From Thermoproteota archaeon (GTDB lineage Archaea > Korarchaeota > Korarchaeia > Korarchaeales > Korarchaeaceae): a stretch of 64,000 bases of DNA. Numbering within the stretch: the stretch's first letter is position 1; each line of letters begins with the position of its first letter. Of this stretch, positions 36,482 through 45,711 are shown in pieces. The notes beneath the pieces are model-generated. The model worked only from the letters and a program-made list of their open reading frames with translations. It was not told the DNA's origin and searched no databases. A program made the translations under genes and the position numbers. Location: the NCBI GenBank assembly GCA_027491915.1, contig JAOZGC010000002.1, positions 320,001 to 384,000 on the forward strand, in the 5' to 3' direction.

Positions 36482-36691
36482 TCACCATCCCCTGGCCCCG
36501 GAGGCGGATATGAGATCTATGTCCCCCACCTCCACCTTCCTGCCAAGCTCCGCCGGCGAGAAGTCGCACTCCACCGGCCTCAGGATCACCTCCCCTCCCC
36601 GGAGCAGGTCCACCTCCACCAGAGGCCGGGAAGAGAGGAGGGCGCGGGCCCCCGGGGGTAGGGCCGCGACCGCCGACCGCGATCTCCTCAC
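36482..36691 (-). CDS. Putative AbrB-like antitoxin
   Basis: 69-aa ORF directly upstream of vapC; LP..AR..L...VEV.....EVILRP; GTG after GAGGAGG. Confidence 0.55.
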   Translation of the reverse strand: MRRSRSAVAALPPGARALLSSRPLVEVDLLRGGEVILRPVECDFSPAELGRKVEVGDIDLISASGARGW

Positions 36692-36699
36692 CCACCTCC

Positions 36700-37698
36700 T
36701 CAGAACCCGGCCCTCCTCAGCAGGAGTTCCCACTCCCTGTCCACCCACTCCTGGAACCTTTCCACCATCCACTCGCTGCCGGGCCTGAGCATGTGGGCGA
36801 ACCTCCTCTGGGTCTTGAGGTACTCGACGGCGGGCTTCTTCTTGGAGGGATCCCTCGCTATGGCCAGGCTCGGACCGGTAAGCCTCCACTCGACCCCGTC
36901 TATCACCTCGAACAGCGGGAAGACGCACGTCTCGACCGCCAACCTGGCTATCTCTATGGACTTCTCTGGCGGGGAGTACCAACCCCTGTTGCAGGTGGCG
37001 AAAGCCCTTATGAAGGCCGGCCCGTCGGCCTCCAGCCCCCTCCTCACCTTGACCACAGTGTCGTTCCAGTAGGCCGGGGAGACCGTGGCCACGTACGGTA
37101 TCCTGTGGGCCGCGACTATGTCCACCAGGGGCTTCTTGTCCAGGGTCTTCCCCGGGACCACCCTGCCGGCCGGCGTGGTGGTGGTCCAGGCGCCGAAGGG
37201 GGTGCTCCCCGACCTCTGTATCCCCGTGTTCATGTAAGCCTCGTTGTCGTACAGCACGTAGAGGAACTTGTGTCCCCTCTCCATGGCCCCCGAGAGGGCC
37301 TGGAGTCCTATGTCGTAGGTGCCTCCGTCGCCGCCGAACACCACCACGTCGTAGTCGATCTCGACGTCCGGATCCGAGTCGAACCTACCGTCCTTTGCGA
37401 GCTTCCTCCTGGCGGTCTCAATCCCCGAGGCCACGGCGGCCGCGTTCTCGAACGCGTTGTGGGCCCACGGGACGGCCCAGGCCGTGTACGGGAATATGGT
37501 CGTCGCGACCTCCAGGCACCCGGTGGCGTTCACCACGACCACCGGCTTCCTGGCCGCCATGAAGACCTGCCTGACCAGGGTCCCGGCGACGCACCCGGCG
37601 CAGAGCCTGTGGCCCGGGGTTATACCGGGGGTCTCCGCGGCCCTCTTGGCCAGCTCCCTTATGTTCGGGACCCAGGGCTTCCCCTCACCGCCGGCCAT
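36700..37698 (-). CDS. porB: Pyruvate/2-oxoacid:ferredoxin oxidoreductase beta subunit
   Basis: GHRLCAGC, ATGCLEV, GGDGGT.DIG, DNEAYMNTG; start ATG 37698. Confidence 0.93.
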   Translation of the reverse strand: MAGGEGKPWVPNIRELAKRAAETPGITPGHRLCAGCVAGTLVRQVFMAARKPVVVVNATGCLEVATTIFPYTAWAVPWAHNAFENAAAVASGIETARRKLAKDGRFDSDPDVEIDYDVVVFGGDGGTYDIGLQALSGAMERGHKFLYVLYDNEAYMNTGIQRSGSTPFGAWTTTTPAGRVVPGKTLDKKPLVDIVAAHRIPYVATVSPAYWNDTVVKVRRGLEADGPAFIRAFATCNRGWYSPPEKSIEIARLAVETCVFPLFEVIDGVEWRLTGPSLAIARDPSKKKPAVEYLKTQRRFAHMLRPGSEWMVERFQEWVDREWELLLRRAGF

Positions 37699-38954
37699 CA
37701 CTCCCTCACCCCCGCCAGATCGACCCGCGGCCTCTCGGTCTCCTCCCTCGTCTCCAGGACCTCCAGGAAGATCTTCTTGAGGAGCCTCGGGGGCATGTCT
37801 CTCCCGCCGAGCCCGTACACGTACCCCCTCACCGGGGGTCTGTCTCCCAGCCCGTAGAGGGCCGACCTGACCTCCGAGAAGAGGGGGCCTCCCTCGGCCC
37901 CGAAGCTGGCGCTCCTGTCGAGCACCCCCACCGAGGCCGCCCCTGACAGGGCCCGGCGCACCCTGTCCCCCGGGAACGGCCTGAACACCCTCAGCCTTAT
38001 GGAGCCGACCCTCTTTCCCTCCTCCCTGAGCTCGTCGACAACGGCCTTGGCCGTCCCCATGGTCGACCCGAGCCCCACCACCACGGCGTCGGCGTCCTCC
38101 GTCCTGTACGGATCCAGGAATCCGTCTCCGTAGCTCCTGCCGCTGATCTCCGCGTACTCCCTGTGGACCGACTCTATCACGTCGAACGCCCTCCCCATGG
38201 CCTCCAGCTGCTGGGCCTTGTGCTCGAAGTAGTAGTCGTAGAGGTCCAGCGGGCCGAATGAGATCGGGTACTTGGGATTCAGCATCATGGGGACGGCCTT
38301 GTCGCCGTATATGTCCGGTATCCTTATCCTGGCGATCTTCCTGTATCCGACGAACTCCCCCACGACCTCGTCCGGGAGCATCCACACGTTCTGGAGGGTG
38401 TGGGATATGAGGAACCCGTCCAACATGACCATGACCGGGAGCAGGACGTCCTCGTGCTCTGATATCCTGAACGCCTGTATGACGTTGTCGTATGCCTCCT
38501 GGGCGTCCTCGCTGTATACCTGTATCCACCCGGAGTCCCTGGCTCCCATGGAATCGCTGTGATCGCAGTGGATGTTTATCGGCGCGCTGAGGGCCCGGTT
38601 GGCCACCGCCATGACCATGGGGGTCCTGTTTGAGGCCACTATGTAGAGTATCTCCCACATCAGGGCCAGACCGTTGGCGGCGGTCGCCGTGAACGCCCTG
38701 GCCCCTGCTATGGCCGCCCCCCAGGCCGCGCTCAGGGCGCTGTGCTCGCTCTCGACCCTTATCATCTCAGCGTCCATCTCCCCGTTGTTGATGAACTCGG
38801 CGATCCTCTCGACTATTATGGTCTGAGGGGTTATGGGGAAGGCGGAGACCACGTCCACCCTGCTCTGCCTGGCGGCCCAGGCGACGGCCTCGTCTCCGTT
38901 GACCGCCCTGACCACCTGGCCAGCTCCCCGCTCGACCACCACCATCTCAATCAC
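37698..38954 (-). CDS. porA: Pyruvate/2-oxoacid:ferredoxin oxidoreductase alpha subunit
   Basis: AFPITPQT, VESEHSA, NRALSAPINI..DH.D, FRPFP, GLGGRD. Confidence 0.93.
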   Translation of the reverse strand: MIEMVVVERGAGQVVRAVNGDEAVAWAARQSRVDVVSAFPITPQTIIVERIAEFINNGEMDAEMIRVESEHSALSAAWGAAIAGARAFTATAANGLALMWEILYIVASNRTPMVMAVANRALSAPINIHCDHSDSMGARDSGWIQVYSEDAQEAYDNVIQAFRISEHEDVLLPVMVMLDGFLISHTLQNVWMLPDEVVGEFVGYRKIARIRIPDIYGDKAVPMMLNPKYPISFGPLDLYDYYFEHKAQQLEAMGRAFDVIESVHREYAEISGRSYGDGFLDPYRTEDADAVVVGLGSTMGTAKAVVDELREEGKRVGSIRLRVFRPFPGDRVRRALSGAASVGVLDRSASFGAEGGPLFSEVRSALYGLGDRPPVRGYVYGLGGRDMPPRLLKKIFLEVLETREETERPRVDLAGVRE

Positions 38955-38967
38955 CCCGTCTCACTCC

Positions 38968-39246
38968 TCACTCCCTCACCATCTCTATCGCCTTGGTGGG
39001 GCACTCGTTGGCGCATATCCCGCAGCCCTTGCAGTGCTCGTAGTCCACCGTGGGGAACCCCTCCCCGTCCCAGATTATAGACGAGTCCGGGCAGTAGACC
39101 CAACACAGCCCGCACTTTATGCATTTCCCGTTCTCTATGACGGGCTTGAACACCCTCCAGTCCCCGGTCCTGTACTCCAGGGCCCGGAGGAACGGAATTC
39201 CTCCGATCGGTATCTCCCGATATCCCCTCAGCTCCACTCCGGACAC
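38968..39246 (-). CDS. porD: 2-oxoacid:ferredoxin oxidoreductase delta subunit
   Basis: TGDWR..KP, CIKCGLCWVYCP, CKGCGICANECP. Confidence 0.93.
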   Translation of the reverse strand: MSGVELRGYREIPIGGIPFLRALEYRTGDWRVFKPVIENGKCIKCGLCWVYCPDSSIIWDGEGFPTVDYEHCKGCGICANECPTKAIEMVRE

Positions 39247-39252
39247 TCCACC

Positions 39253-39810
39253 TCACCCCGACCTGGCCTCGTCGTGGGCCCTCCTGAGCGCGGCCACGTT
39301 CTTCTCCCCCACCTCCCCGGGCCACCTAGCCCTGACGGCCTCCTCGACGGCCTCCAGCGGGACGGCCCCGGTGGCCCTCACCAGGACCCCCAGCATGGGG
39401 GTGTTGGTGACGGCCCTGCCCACCTCCTCCAGGGCTATGGTCGTGGCGTCCACCGACCATACCTCGACCCCGTCGGGTACCCCGAGCCTGGACCTCACCT
39501 CGGAGGGCGAGGACTTGGAGTTGACCACCACGTGCCCCCCCTCCTTGACCCCCGACAGTATCTGCCCGGCGTACTGCAGGAGGGTCGGGTCTATCACCAC
39601 GACGGCGTCGGGCTCGTAGACGTGGGAGTGGACCACTATGGGCCTGTCGTCTATCCTGTTGAAGGCCCGCACCGGGGCGCCGGTCCTCTCCGGACCGAAC
39701 TCCGGGAAGGATTGGGCATACTTGCCGACCCTTATGGCCGCGGAGGCCAGAACCTGGGACGCGCTCCACACGCCCTGGCCCCCTCGCCCGTGCCACCTTA
39801 TCTCCAGCAT
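39253..39810 (-). CDS. porG: 2-oxoacid:ferredoxin oxidoreductase gamma subunit
   Basis: EIRWHGRGGQG, FGPERTGAPV, NTPMLG. Confidence 0.93.
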   Translation of the reverse strand: MLEIRWHGRGGQGVWSASQVLASAAIRVGKYAQSFPEFGPERTGAPVRAFNRIDDRPIVVHSHVYEPDAVVVIDPTLLQYAGQILSGVKEGGHVVVNSKSSPSEVRSRLGVPDGVEVWSVDATTIALEEVGRAVTNTPMLGVLVRATGAVPLEAVEEAVRARWPGEVGEKNVAALRRAHDEARSG

Positions 39811-39899
39811 CGGAGAGGCACCACCGTCTACTCCGGGGGCCTGGCACTAAAAACATTTTACCTACCCAACCGGCAACCACCGCAGGGGGTGCGGCCCGC

Positions 39900-41291
39900 T
39901 TGGACGAGACTTCTCGGAGGGGGGATCTCGACGCCCTCTTCAGGCCGAGATCGATAGCGGTCATCGGGGCGTCTTCTAACCCGGGGAAGATAGGACACGA
40001 GATCCTGAGGAACATAATCGAGTACGGATACGGGGGGGAGATCTACCCCGTCAACCCGAAGCACGACAGCGTTCTGGGGCTGAAGTGCTACCCGACCGTC
40101 TTGGACGTGCCGGGAGACGTGGACATGGGGGTGGTGGCCATACCGGCGGCCTACGTCCCCCAGGTCGTGGACCAGCTCGGCGCCAAGGGTGCCAAGGTGG
40201 CCGTGGTCATATCCAGCGGGTTCTCCGAGGTGGGCGAGGTCGAGCTGGAGGAGAGACTGCTCCGGGCGGCCGGGAAGTGGGGGATGAGGGTCCTCGGGCC
40301 CAACATATTCGGGGTGGCCTACACGCCCGGGAGGCTCAACGCCACCTTCGGCCCGAGGGACGTGCTCCCCGGGTCCATAGCCTTCATAACCCAGTCCGGT
40401 GCCCTGGGGATAGCCCTCATGGGCTGGACCATAACCGAGGGCATAGGGCTCTCCGCCCTGGTCAGCGTGGGGAACAAGTCCGACGTGGACGACGACGACC
40501 TCCTCGGGTGGCTCTCCCGGGATCCTGAGACCAGGGTGATCCTGATATACATGGAGGGGGTCAAGGAGGGCCGCGAGTTCCTCGAGGCCGCGTCGGCCGC
40601 CTCCCGGGAGAAGCCCATCGTAGTGATAAAGGCCGGGAGGAGCGAGAGGGGTGTGAAGGCCGCCTCCTCACACACCGGTTCTCTGGCTGGGTCTGACAGG
40701 GTGTACGACGCGGTCTTCCGGCAGTCGGGGGTCCTGAGGGCCTACAGCGTGGAGCAGGCCTTCGACTGGGCCATGGCCTTCGCCTCGGGCAGGGTCCCCC
40801 GGGGCGACAGGACTGTGATAGTGACCAACGGCGGCGGCGCGGGGGTGCTGGCGACGGACGCGGCCGAGATGTGCGGGCTCAGGCTGATCGACCCGCCCCC
40901 GGACCTAGCCGCCGAGTTCCGCAGGTACATGCCCCCCTTCGGGAGCGCCAAGAATCCCGTGGACCTCACCGGTCAGGCCTCCGCCCGGGAGTTCGAGGGG
41001 GCGGTGGCCGCAGCCCTCTCGCACGACTCGGTGGACAACGTCCTGGTCCTCTACTGCGAGACGGCCGTGACCGACCCCGAGGAGATAGCGGCAGCGGTTG
41101 CCCGGGCGGCCGGGGAGAGCGACAAGCCGGTCGCCGCCATGATGATGGGGGGGGAAAGATCCGTGAGGGCCATGAGACTACTCAGGTCCAGGGGCGTGCC
41201 GGCCTACCCGACCCCGGAGAGAACCGCCGAGTCCCTGTGCGCCCTGGTCCGGTACCGGGAGCTCAGGGACAGGGGATCGGCGGGAGTGTGA
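39900..41291 (+). CDS. acdA: Acetate--CoA ligase (ADP-forming) alpha subunit
   Basis: P.SIAVIGAS, GPN, QSGA, SHTGSLAG phospho-His, TNGGG.G, NPVD. Confidence 0.92.
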   Translation: MDETSRRGDLDALFRPRSIAVIGASSNPGKIGHEILRNIIEYGYGGEIYPVNPKHDSVLGLKCYPTVLDVPGDVDMGVVAIPAAYVPQVVDQLGAKGAKVAVVISSGFSEVGEVELEERLLRAAGKWGMRVLGPNIFGVAYTPGRLNATFGPRDVLPGSIAFITQSGALGIALMGWTITEGIGLSALVSVGNKSDVDDDDLLGWLSRDPETRVILIYMEGVKEGREFLEAASAASREKPIVVIKAGRSERGVKAASSHTGSLAGSDRVYDAVFRQSGVLRAYSVEQAFDWAMAFASGRVPRGDRTVIVTNGGGAGVLATDAAEMCGLRLIDPPPDLAAEFRRYMPPFGSAKNPVDLTGQASAREFEGAVAAALSHDSVDNVLVLYCETAVTDPEEIAAAVARAAGESDKPVAAMMMGGERSVRAMRLLRSRGVPAYPTPERTAESLCALVRYRELRDRGSAGV

Positions 41292-41309
41292 CCCGATCCC
41301 GGGCGGCGC

Positions 41310-42707
41310 TCACTCCAACATCTCCCTCTCGTACCTCTTGAGGTGCTCCACCGCCCCCTTCAGGTCGCTGAACTTCTCGGCCACCACCCTGACGTCCTCC
41401 TCAGTCACGGCCTCCCTCCCCCCGGCCCTGGCCCTGACCCCGGCGATGCTCAGTATCTGGGTCGCGTACCTGAGGGACCGCTCGGCGCCCAGCTCCCTGA
41501 GGGCCCTCACCGCGCCGTCCTCCAGCTTCACGTCCTCCTCCCTGGCCCTTATCCTGATTATCTGATCTATCTCTTCTGGAGAGTATTTCTCCGTCGTGAT
41601 GACCACGAGCCTGTCCAGGAGGTCCAGGGGCATCCCGAAGGGCGCGGTGAGGTCAGTCCCCCTGATCTTCGTCACCCCCCTGTTGGTGGCCATGACTATT
41701 ATCGGGACGAGCTCACCCTCCATCGCCCTGCTGAGGAAGGAGAGGGCCTCTATGTCCATCAGGTGCACGTCGTCTATGAAGAGGACCCCAGGTATTATCT
41801 CCCCCCTCTTCTCCTCGACCCACTCCTTCACCTGCTTGTCGACGGCCGCCCTGACCTCTGGGTCGATCTCCCTCTCCGGGGGTGCGCCGAAGAAGAGCGA
41901 GAAGAGGGCTCCCCCCCTCCTGGAGGCCACCATCTGATCCAGGTCGTCCAGCGTCATGGTGTAGACGAACTCTCTGTCCTTCAGGACGGCCCCGGTCGGC
42001 CTGGGGACCACCTTCGATCCGGACACGTCGAACCCGGCCGCCCCCTCCGCCCGGCCCATCCTGGAGACCCTCCCTGTCTCGGCGTCTATCATTATGACGT
42101 CGCCCTCGGCCACCCCCTGGTCGGCCAACTGCTGGGCCACCCTGGGGCCGACCCTCAGCTTCTTGCTCTCCTCCTCGGTCTTCAGCTCTATCTCGGCGCT
42201 CTGGGGGGTTCTGACGAACGGATTCAGGGGGCTGCTCCCCATCTTTATGTCCAGCTTGGTCACCTCCCCCTCGTAGACCTTCTTGACCTCCCTGAGCCGG
42301 ACCCCTATGGCCTTCCTCATGGCCTCCGTCAGGACCTCCGTCTTCTTCCTCTCCGCGCTGTACACCTCGGCCCCGCTGATCTGTATGAACGGGACGTCCT
42401 CCCCCAGCTCCCTGGCTATCCCGACGGCCACGGCCGTCTTCCCGGTTCCGGGAGGGCCGGCGAGGAGCACCGCCTTCCCGCTGAGCCTCCCCTCCCTGGC
42501 CATCTGCACCACGAGGCCCGCGGCCTCCCTCGCCCTCTTCTGTCCCACCAGCCCGTCTCCGACGTCCTTAGCCGTCATGTCCGGATTGAGGCCGAGCCCC
42601 CTGATGTGGCTGTGGGCCCCTATCCTCTCAAGCCTGCTCAGGCCGCCGCCTATCTCCTCTATCTCCGGCAACCTCCCACCACTCGGCGGGGGCCCGGTCG
42701 CCGTCAA
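41310..42707 (-). CDS. TIP49/RuvB-like AAA+ ATPase
   Basis: HSHIRGLGL, GPPGTGKT, PGVLFIDDVH, ATNRG, PLDLLDRL, SLRYA. Confidence 0.93.
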   Translation of the reverse strand: MTATGPPPSGGRLPEIEEIGGGLSRLERIGAHSHIRGLGLNPDMTAKDVGDGLVGQKRAREAAGLVVQMAREGRLSGKAVLLAGPPGTGKTAVAVGIARELGEDVPFIQISGAEVYSAERKKTEVLTEAMRKAIGVRLREVKKVYEGEVTKLDIKMGSSPLNPFVRTPQSAEIELKTEEESKKLRVGPRVAQQLADQGVAEGDVIMIDAETGRVSRMGRAEGAAGFDVSGSKVVPRPTGAVLKDREFVYTMTLDDLDQMVASRRGGALFSLFFGAPPEREIDPEVRAAVDKQVKEWVEEKRGEIIPGVLFIDDVHLMDIEALSFLSRAMEGELVPIIVMATNRGVTKIRGTDLTAPFGMPLDLLDRLVVITTEKYSPEEIDQIIRIRAREEDVKLEDGAVRALRELGAERSLRYATQILSIAGVRARAGGREAVTEEDVRVVAEKFSDLKGAVEHLKRYEREMLE

Positions 42708-42712
42708 AAAGA

Positions 42713-43234
42713 TTACCCGTCGGACCCGGAGACGACCTCCTCCAGCGCCCTCCTGAGCTCCTCTATCCCCCTGCCGTCCAGGGCGGAGGTGAATATCACC
42801 CTCTTGGCCCCGAGCTCCGCCGCCTCCGCCTCGGCTTCCTCCCTGCTCACCCTGGTCGGCAGGTCAAGCTTGTTGCCCACGAGTATGATCTCCTTCACCC
42901 CGGCCTCCCGCATGACCTCCGCCCACCTGCCCAGCGAGTACAGGGTGCTCGGGCGGCTCAGGTCGAACACCAGCATCCCGACGGTGGCCCCGCTCACCAG
43001 GCCCCGGTGCAGGTGGAAGAACCTCCTCTGCCCCGCCAGATCGTACACTATGAGCTCCTTTCCCTCCCCCTCCAGCACGAAGAAGTCGACTCCTATGGTC
43101 ATCGACGAGCCGCCGACGCTGAACCGGTCGGTCAGCCTCCTGCATATGGTTGTCTTGCCGACCCCGCCCTCCCCCCCGACGGCCACCTTCCTCCTGACCC
43201 TCGCCAACCTCCCCCCGGTGGACTTCATCTCCAA
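42713..43234 (-). CDS. Rab-like small GTPase
   Basis: G1 GEGGVGKT, TIGVDF, YDLAGQ.RF, NKLD, TSA. Confidence 0.92.
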   Translation of the reverse strand: MEMKSTGGRLARVRRKVAVGGEGGVGKTTICRRLTDRFSVGGSSMTIGVDFFVLEGEGKELIVYDLAGQRRFFHLHRGLVSGATVGMLVFDLSRPSTLYSLGRWAEVMREAGVKEIILVGNKLDLPTRVSREEAEAEAAELGAKRVIFTSALDGRGIEELRRALEEVVSGSDG

Positions 43235-44199
43235 GCCCTCGCCATGAACATGGGCCCCCTACCCTCTACCTTGTACCTGAGGCCGGACGCCCTCAGCCAC
43301 TTGTCCACGTCGGACCTCCTCGGCGAGATGTCTGACCCCATGAGGTAGGTGGCCAGGGAGTAGCCCCTCATTATCGGGTCGTCCCAGACGCTCTGGAGTA
43401 TTCCTATGTATCCCCTCTCCCTCCCCCTTCCCCCCGGGGCCAGCACGGAGGCCGCGTTCTTCAGCAGGAGTATGGGGTCCCTGATCCAGTTCAACTTCTC
43501 TGCCACGACCGCCAGGTGGATCACCGAGTGGCCGGCTGAGCTCACGGCCTGCCTGACCCTCTCCGGGGCGGACCTGATGAAGGATATGTTGTCCCTCAGC
43601 AGCCCCTGGGCGTTGAGCCTCTCCCTGGCCAGGTCCAGCATGTCCTGGGACGGGTCGACGGCCACGACGGCCGCCTCGGTCTCCATGGCTATGATCCCGG
43701 TCACCACGCCCATGTGGAATGAGAGGTCCGCCACCACCGCCCCCCTCGGGATGCTGGAGAGCCCCAGCCTCCTGAGCCCCTCGAGGAGCATCATCTTCAG
43801 GAACCTGCTGTCCATGAACCTGTAGAAGAGGGCCCTGTTCTCCGGGGAAGAGACGTGAAAGGGCCTCTTGCCATCCTTGACCGCCTCGTAGAGCCTGGAG
43901 AACACCTTGGAGGGGACCACCATGAAGTCCTCCACGTCGTCCCCAACGACCGGCGGGACCTCGGGCCTCTTGGCCGTCCTGTAGACCTTCGTCCCGGCCA
44001 GGTATATGTAGCCCCAGTCGTGGAGGGCCTCCAGGAGGTAGTTCAGGAGCTTTCTGTCCCCGAACTCCTGGGAGAGGGCGGACAGCTCCCTGCCCTCTAT
44101 CTCCTCGAAGAATCCGGCCTCCTCCAGGGGCCCTACGATCGCCCCCTGGAGCCTGAGCTCCAGGTGCTGGAGGGCCTCCCTAGGGATAACCGACGACAA
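43225..44199 (-). CDS. wHTH + class I SAM methyltransferase-fold protein (degenerate motif I)
   Basis: VVADLSFHMG, AVDPS.DML..AR, L.PGG; N-terminal HTH-like region. Confidence 0.65.
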   Translation of the reverse strand: MSSVIPREALQHLELRLQGAIVGPLEEAGFFEEIEGRELSALSQEFGDRKLLNYLLEALHDWGYIYLAGTKVYRTAKRPEVPPVVGDDVEDFMVVPSKVFSRLYEAVKDGKRPFHVSSPENRALFYRFMDSRFLKMMLLEGLRRLGLSSIPRGAVVADLSFHMGVVTGIIAMETEAAVVAVDPSQDMLDLARERLNAQGLLRDNISFIRSAPERVRQAVSSAGHSVIHLAVVAEKLNWIRDPILLLKNAASVLAPGGRGRERGYIGILQSVWDDPIMRGYSLATYLMGSDISPRRSDVDKWLRASGLRYKVEGRGPMFMARAWR

Positions 44200-44202
44200 G
44201 AC

Positions 44203-44565
44203 TCACTCCACCTCCTCATACCTGACTATCCCCAATCTCAGGAGAACCCGGACCGCCGCCTCGTCCTCCTCGCTCGGCGGGATCGTCCCGTCGAGCACCA
44301 GGCGTATCCTGTCGACGTCTATCCAGGTTGGGGCCAGATCATCCATCCCGGGAACGAACCTCAGCCTCGCACCCCTCTCGGCGAGCTTGGTCCCGTGCAC
44401 CTCCCTCACGTTCCCCCGCCCGTCGACGAACACGGTCACCCCGTGATCCACGTCGCATAGTACGAAATTCCACCCTGGGGAGGGTGATACGTCGTGCCTC
44501 TTGCCGCATATAGGGCAGGTTACCAGCACCAAACCCCCGGACCTCTGGCGATTGGCTCTCCCCAT
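44203..44565 (-). CDS. Zn-ribbon protein, paralog of 9540-9959
   Basis: TCPICG...C..DH...VFVDGRGNVR; C-terminal LDG...L.RLGIV. Confidence 0.65.
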   Translation of the reverse strand: MGRANRQRSGGLVLVTCPICGKRHDVSPSPGWNFVLCDVDHGVTVFVDGRGNVREVHGTKLAERGARLRFVPGMDDLAPTWIDVDRIRLVLDGTIPPSEEDEAAVRVLLRLGIVRYEEVE

Positions 44566-44622
44566 CTATTTTAACCTCAACGGGGGGATCTTTTTTAGGG
44601 GGAGGCGGGCCCCTCACCGAAG

Positions 44623-45711
44623 ATGGCGAGGAGTTGTCCGGGCGGGCCGCCCTCGTCGGTCGAGGCCGGGCTGTCCGAGGACCTCGGGGGCGGCAGGGTC
44701 AGGTGCCTCGCCTGCCCCAGGAGGTGCGTCCTCCCCCCGGGGGGCAGGGGGTTCTGCGGGACCAAGGTCAACGTCGGCGGCAGGCTCTGCGAGCTCAACT
44801 ACTCTAAGGTCAGCTCGGTGGCCATGGATCCCATAGAGAAGAAACCCCTCTTCCACTTCATGCCCGGATCCTGGGCCTACAGCGTCGGAACCGTCGGGTG
44901 CAACCTGGCCTGCAGGCACTGCCAGAACTGGGAGATAAGTCAGCCGGGGGTGCCGCCCGAGAGGTTCCCCTGGCTGCGCGACCTGACCCCAGAGGAGGCC
45001 GTCGAGCAGGCCGTCGAGCTGGGCGCCTCCAGCGTGGCCTACACCTACAACGAGCCCACCGTGGTCAGCATGGAGTGGGTGGTGGACACGGCCAGGCTCG
45101 CCAGGGAGGCCGGCCTCAAGAACGTCAGCGTCACCAACGGTTACTGGAGCCCCGAGGCGGTCGACAGGTTGGCCCCCCTCCTGGACGCCGCCAACGTGGA
45201 CGTGAAGGCCTTCTCAGACGAATTCTACGGGAAGGTGGCGGCGGCCCCTTCCATGAGGCCGGTCCTGGACACGGTCGTCTCCCTGGTCGACCGGGGGGTC
45301 CACGTCGAGCTGACCTACCTGGTCATACCCGGGCTGAACGACGGGGAGGAGGAGATCAGGGCCTTCAGCAGGTGGGTGGCGGATGAGGTGGGGGATGACA
45401 CCCCCGTGCACTTCTCCAGGTTCCACCCGGAGTTCAAGATGAGGGGGGTGCCGCCGACCCCCGCCGAGACCCTAGAGATGGCCCACGAGGTGGCCAGGTC
45501 CGAGGGACTCAACTTCGTCTACCTGGGGAACGTCCCCGGGGACCCGAGGGAGTCCACTTACTGCCCGTCCTGCGGAACCCCGCTGATAAGGAGGTTCGGC
45601 TTCGACGTGCTGGACTGCCGACTCTCGGGCGGCAGGTGCCCCTCCTGCGGCAGGGAGATCCCCATCGTGGGCCCGTGCAGGTCAAGGACCGGGTTCTACG
45701 ACCTCATGTAG
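44623..45711 (+). CDS. amrS: AmmeMemoRadiSam system radical SAM enzyme (PflA-like)
   Basis: C..CP..C, DPIEKKPLFHF, GCNLACRHCQNWEISQ, YTYNEP, HFSRFHP, YLGNV, CP.CG. Confidence 0.9.
   Translation: MARSCPGGPPSSVEAGLSEDLGGGRVRCLACPRRCVLPPGGRGFCGTKVNVGGRLCELNYSKVSSVAMDPIEKKPLFHFMPGSWAYSVGTVGCNLACRHCQNWEISQPGVPPERFPWLRDLTPEEAVEQAVELGASSVAYTYNEPTVVSMEWVVDTARLAREAGLKNVSVTNGYWSPEAVDRLAPLLDAANVDVKAFSDEFYGKVAAAPSMRPVLDTVVSLVDRGVHVELTYLVIPGLNDGEEEIRAFSRWVADEVGDDTPVHFSRFHPEFKMRGVPPTPAETLEMAHEVARSEGLNFVYLGNVPGDPRESTYCPSCGTPLIRRFGFDVLDCRLSGGRCPSCGREIPIVGPCRSRTGFYDLM

Noticed and set aside
37699-38658. 652-aa ORF suggesting a long PorB fusion
   Set aside because: The upstream part overlaps porA in another frame; PorB homology starts at ATG 37698
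36700-41291. porGDAB divergent from acdA
   Set aside because: A well-known archaeal pyruvate-to-acetate fermentation module; not novel
44623-45711. AmrS radical SAM as a partner of GTPase cassette 2
   Set aside because: A widespread family, divergently transcribed, with no evidence of linkage beyond proximity
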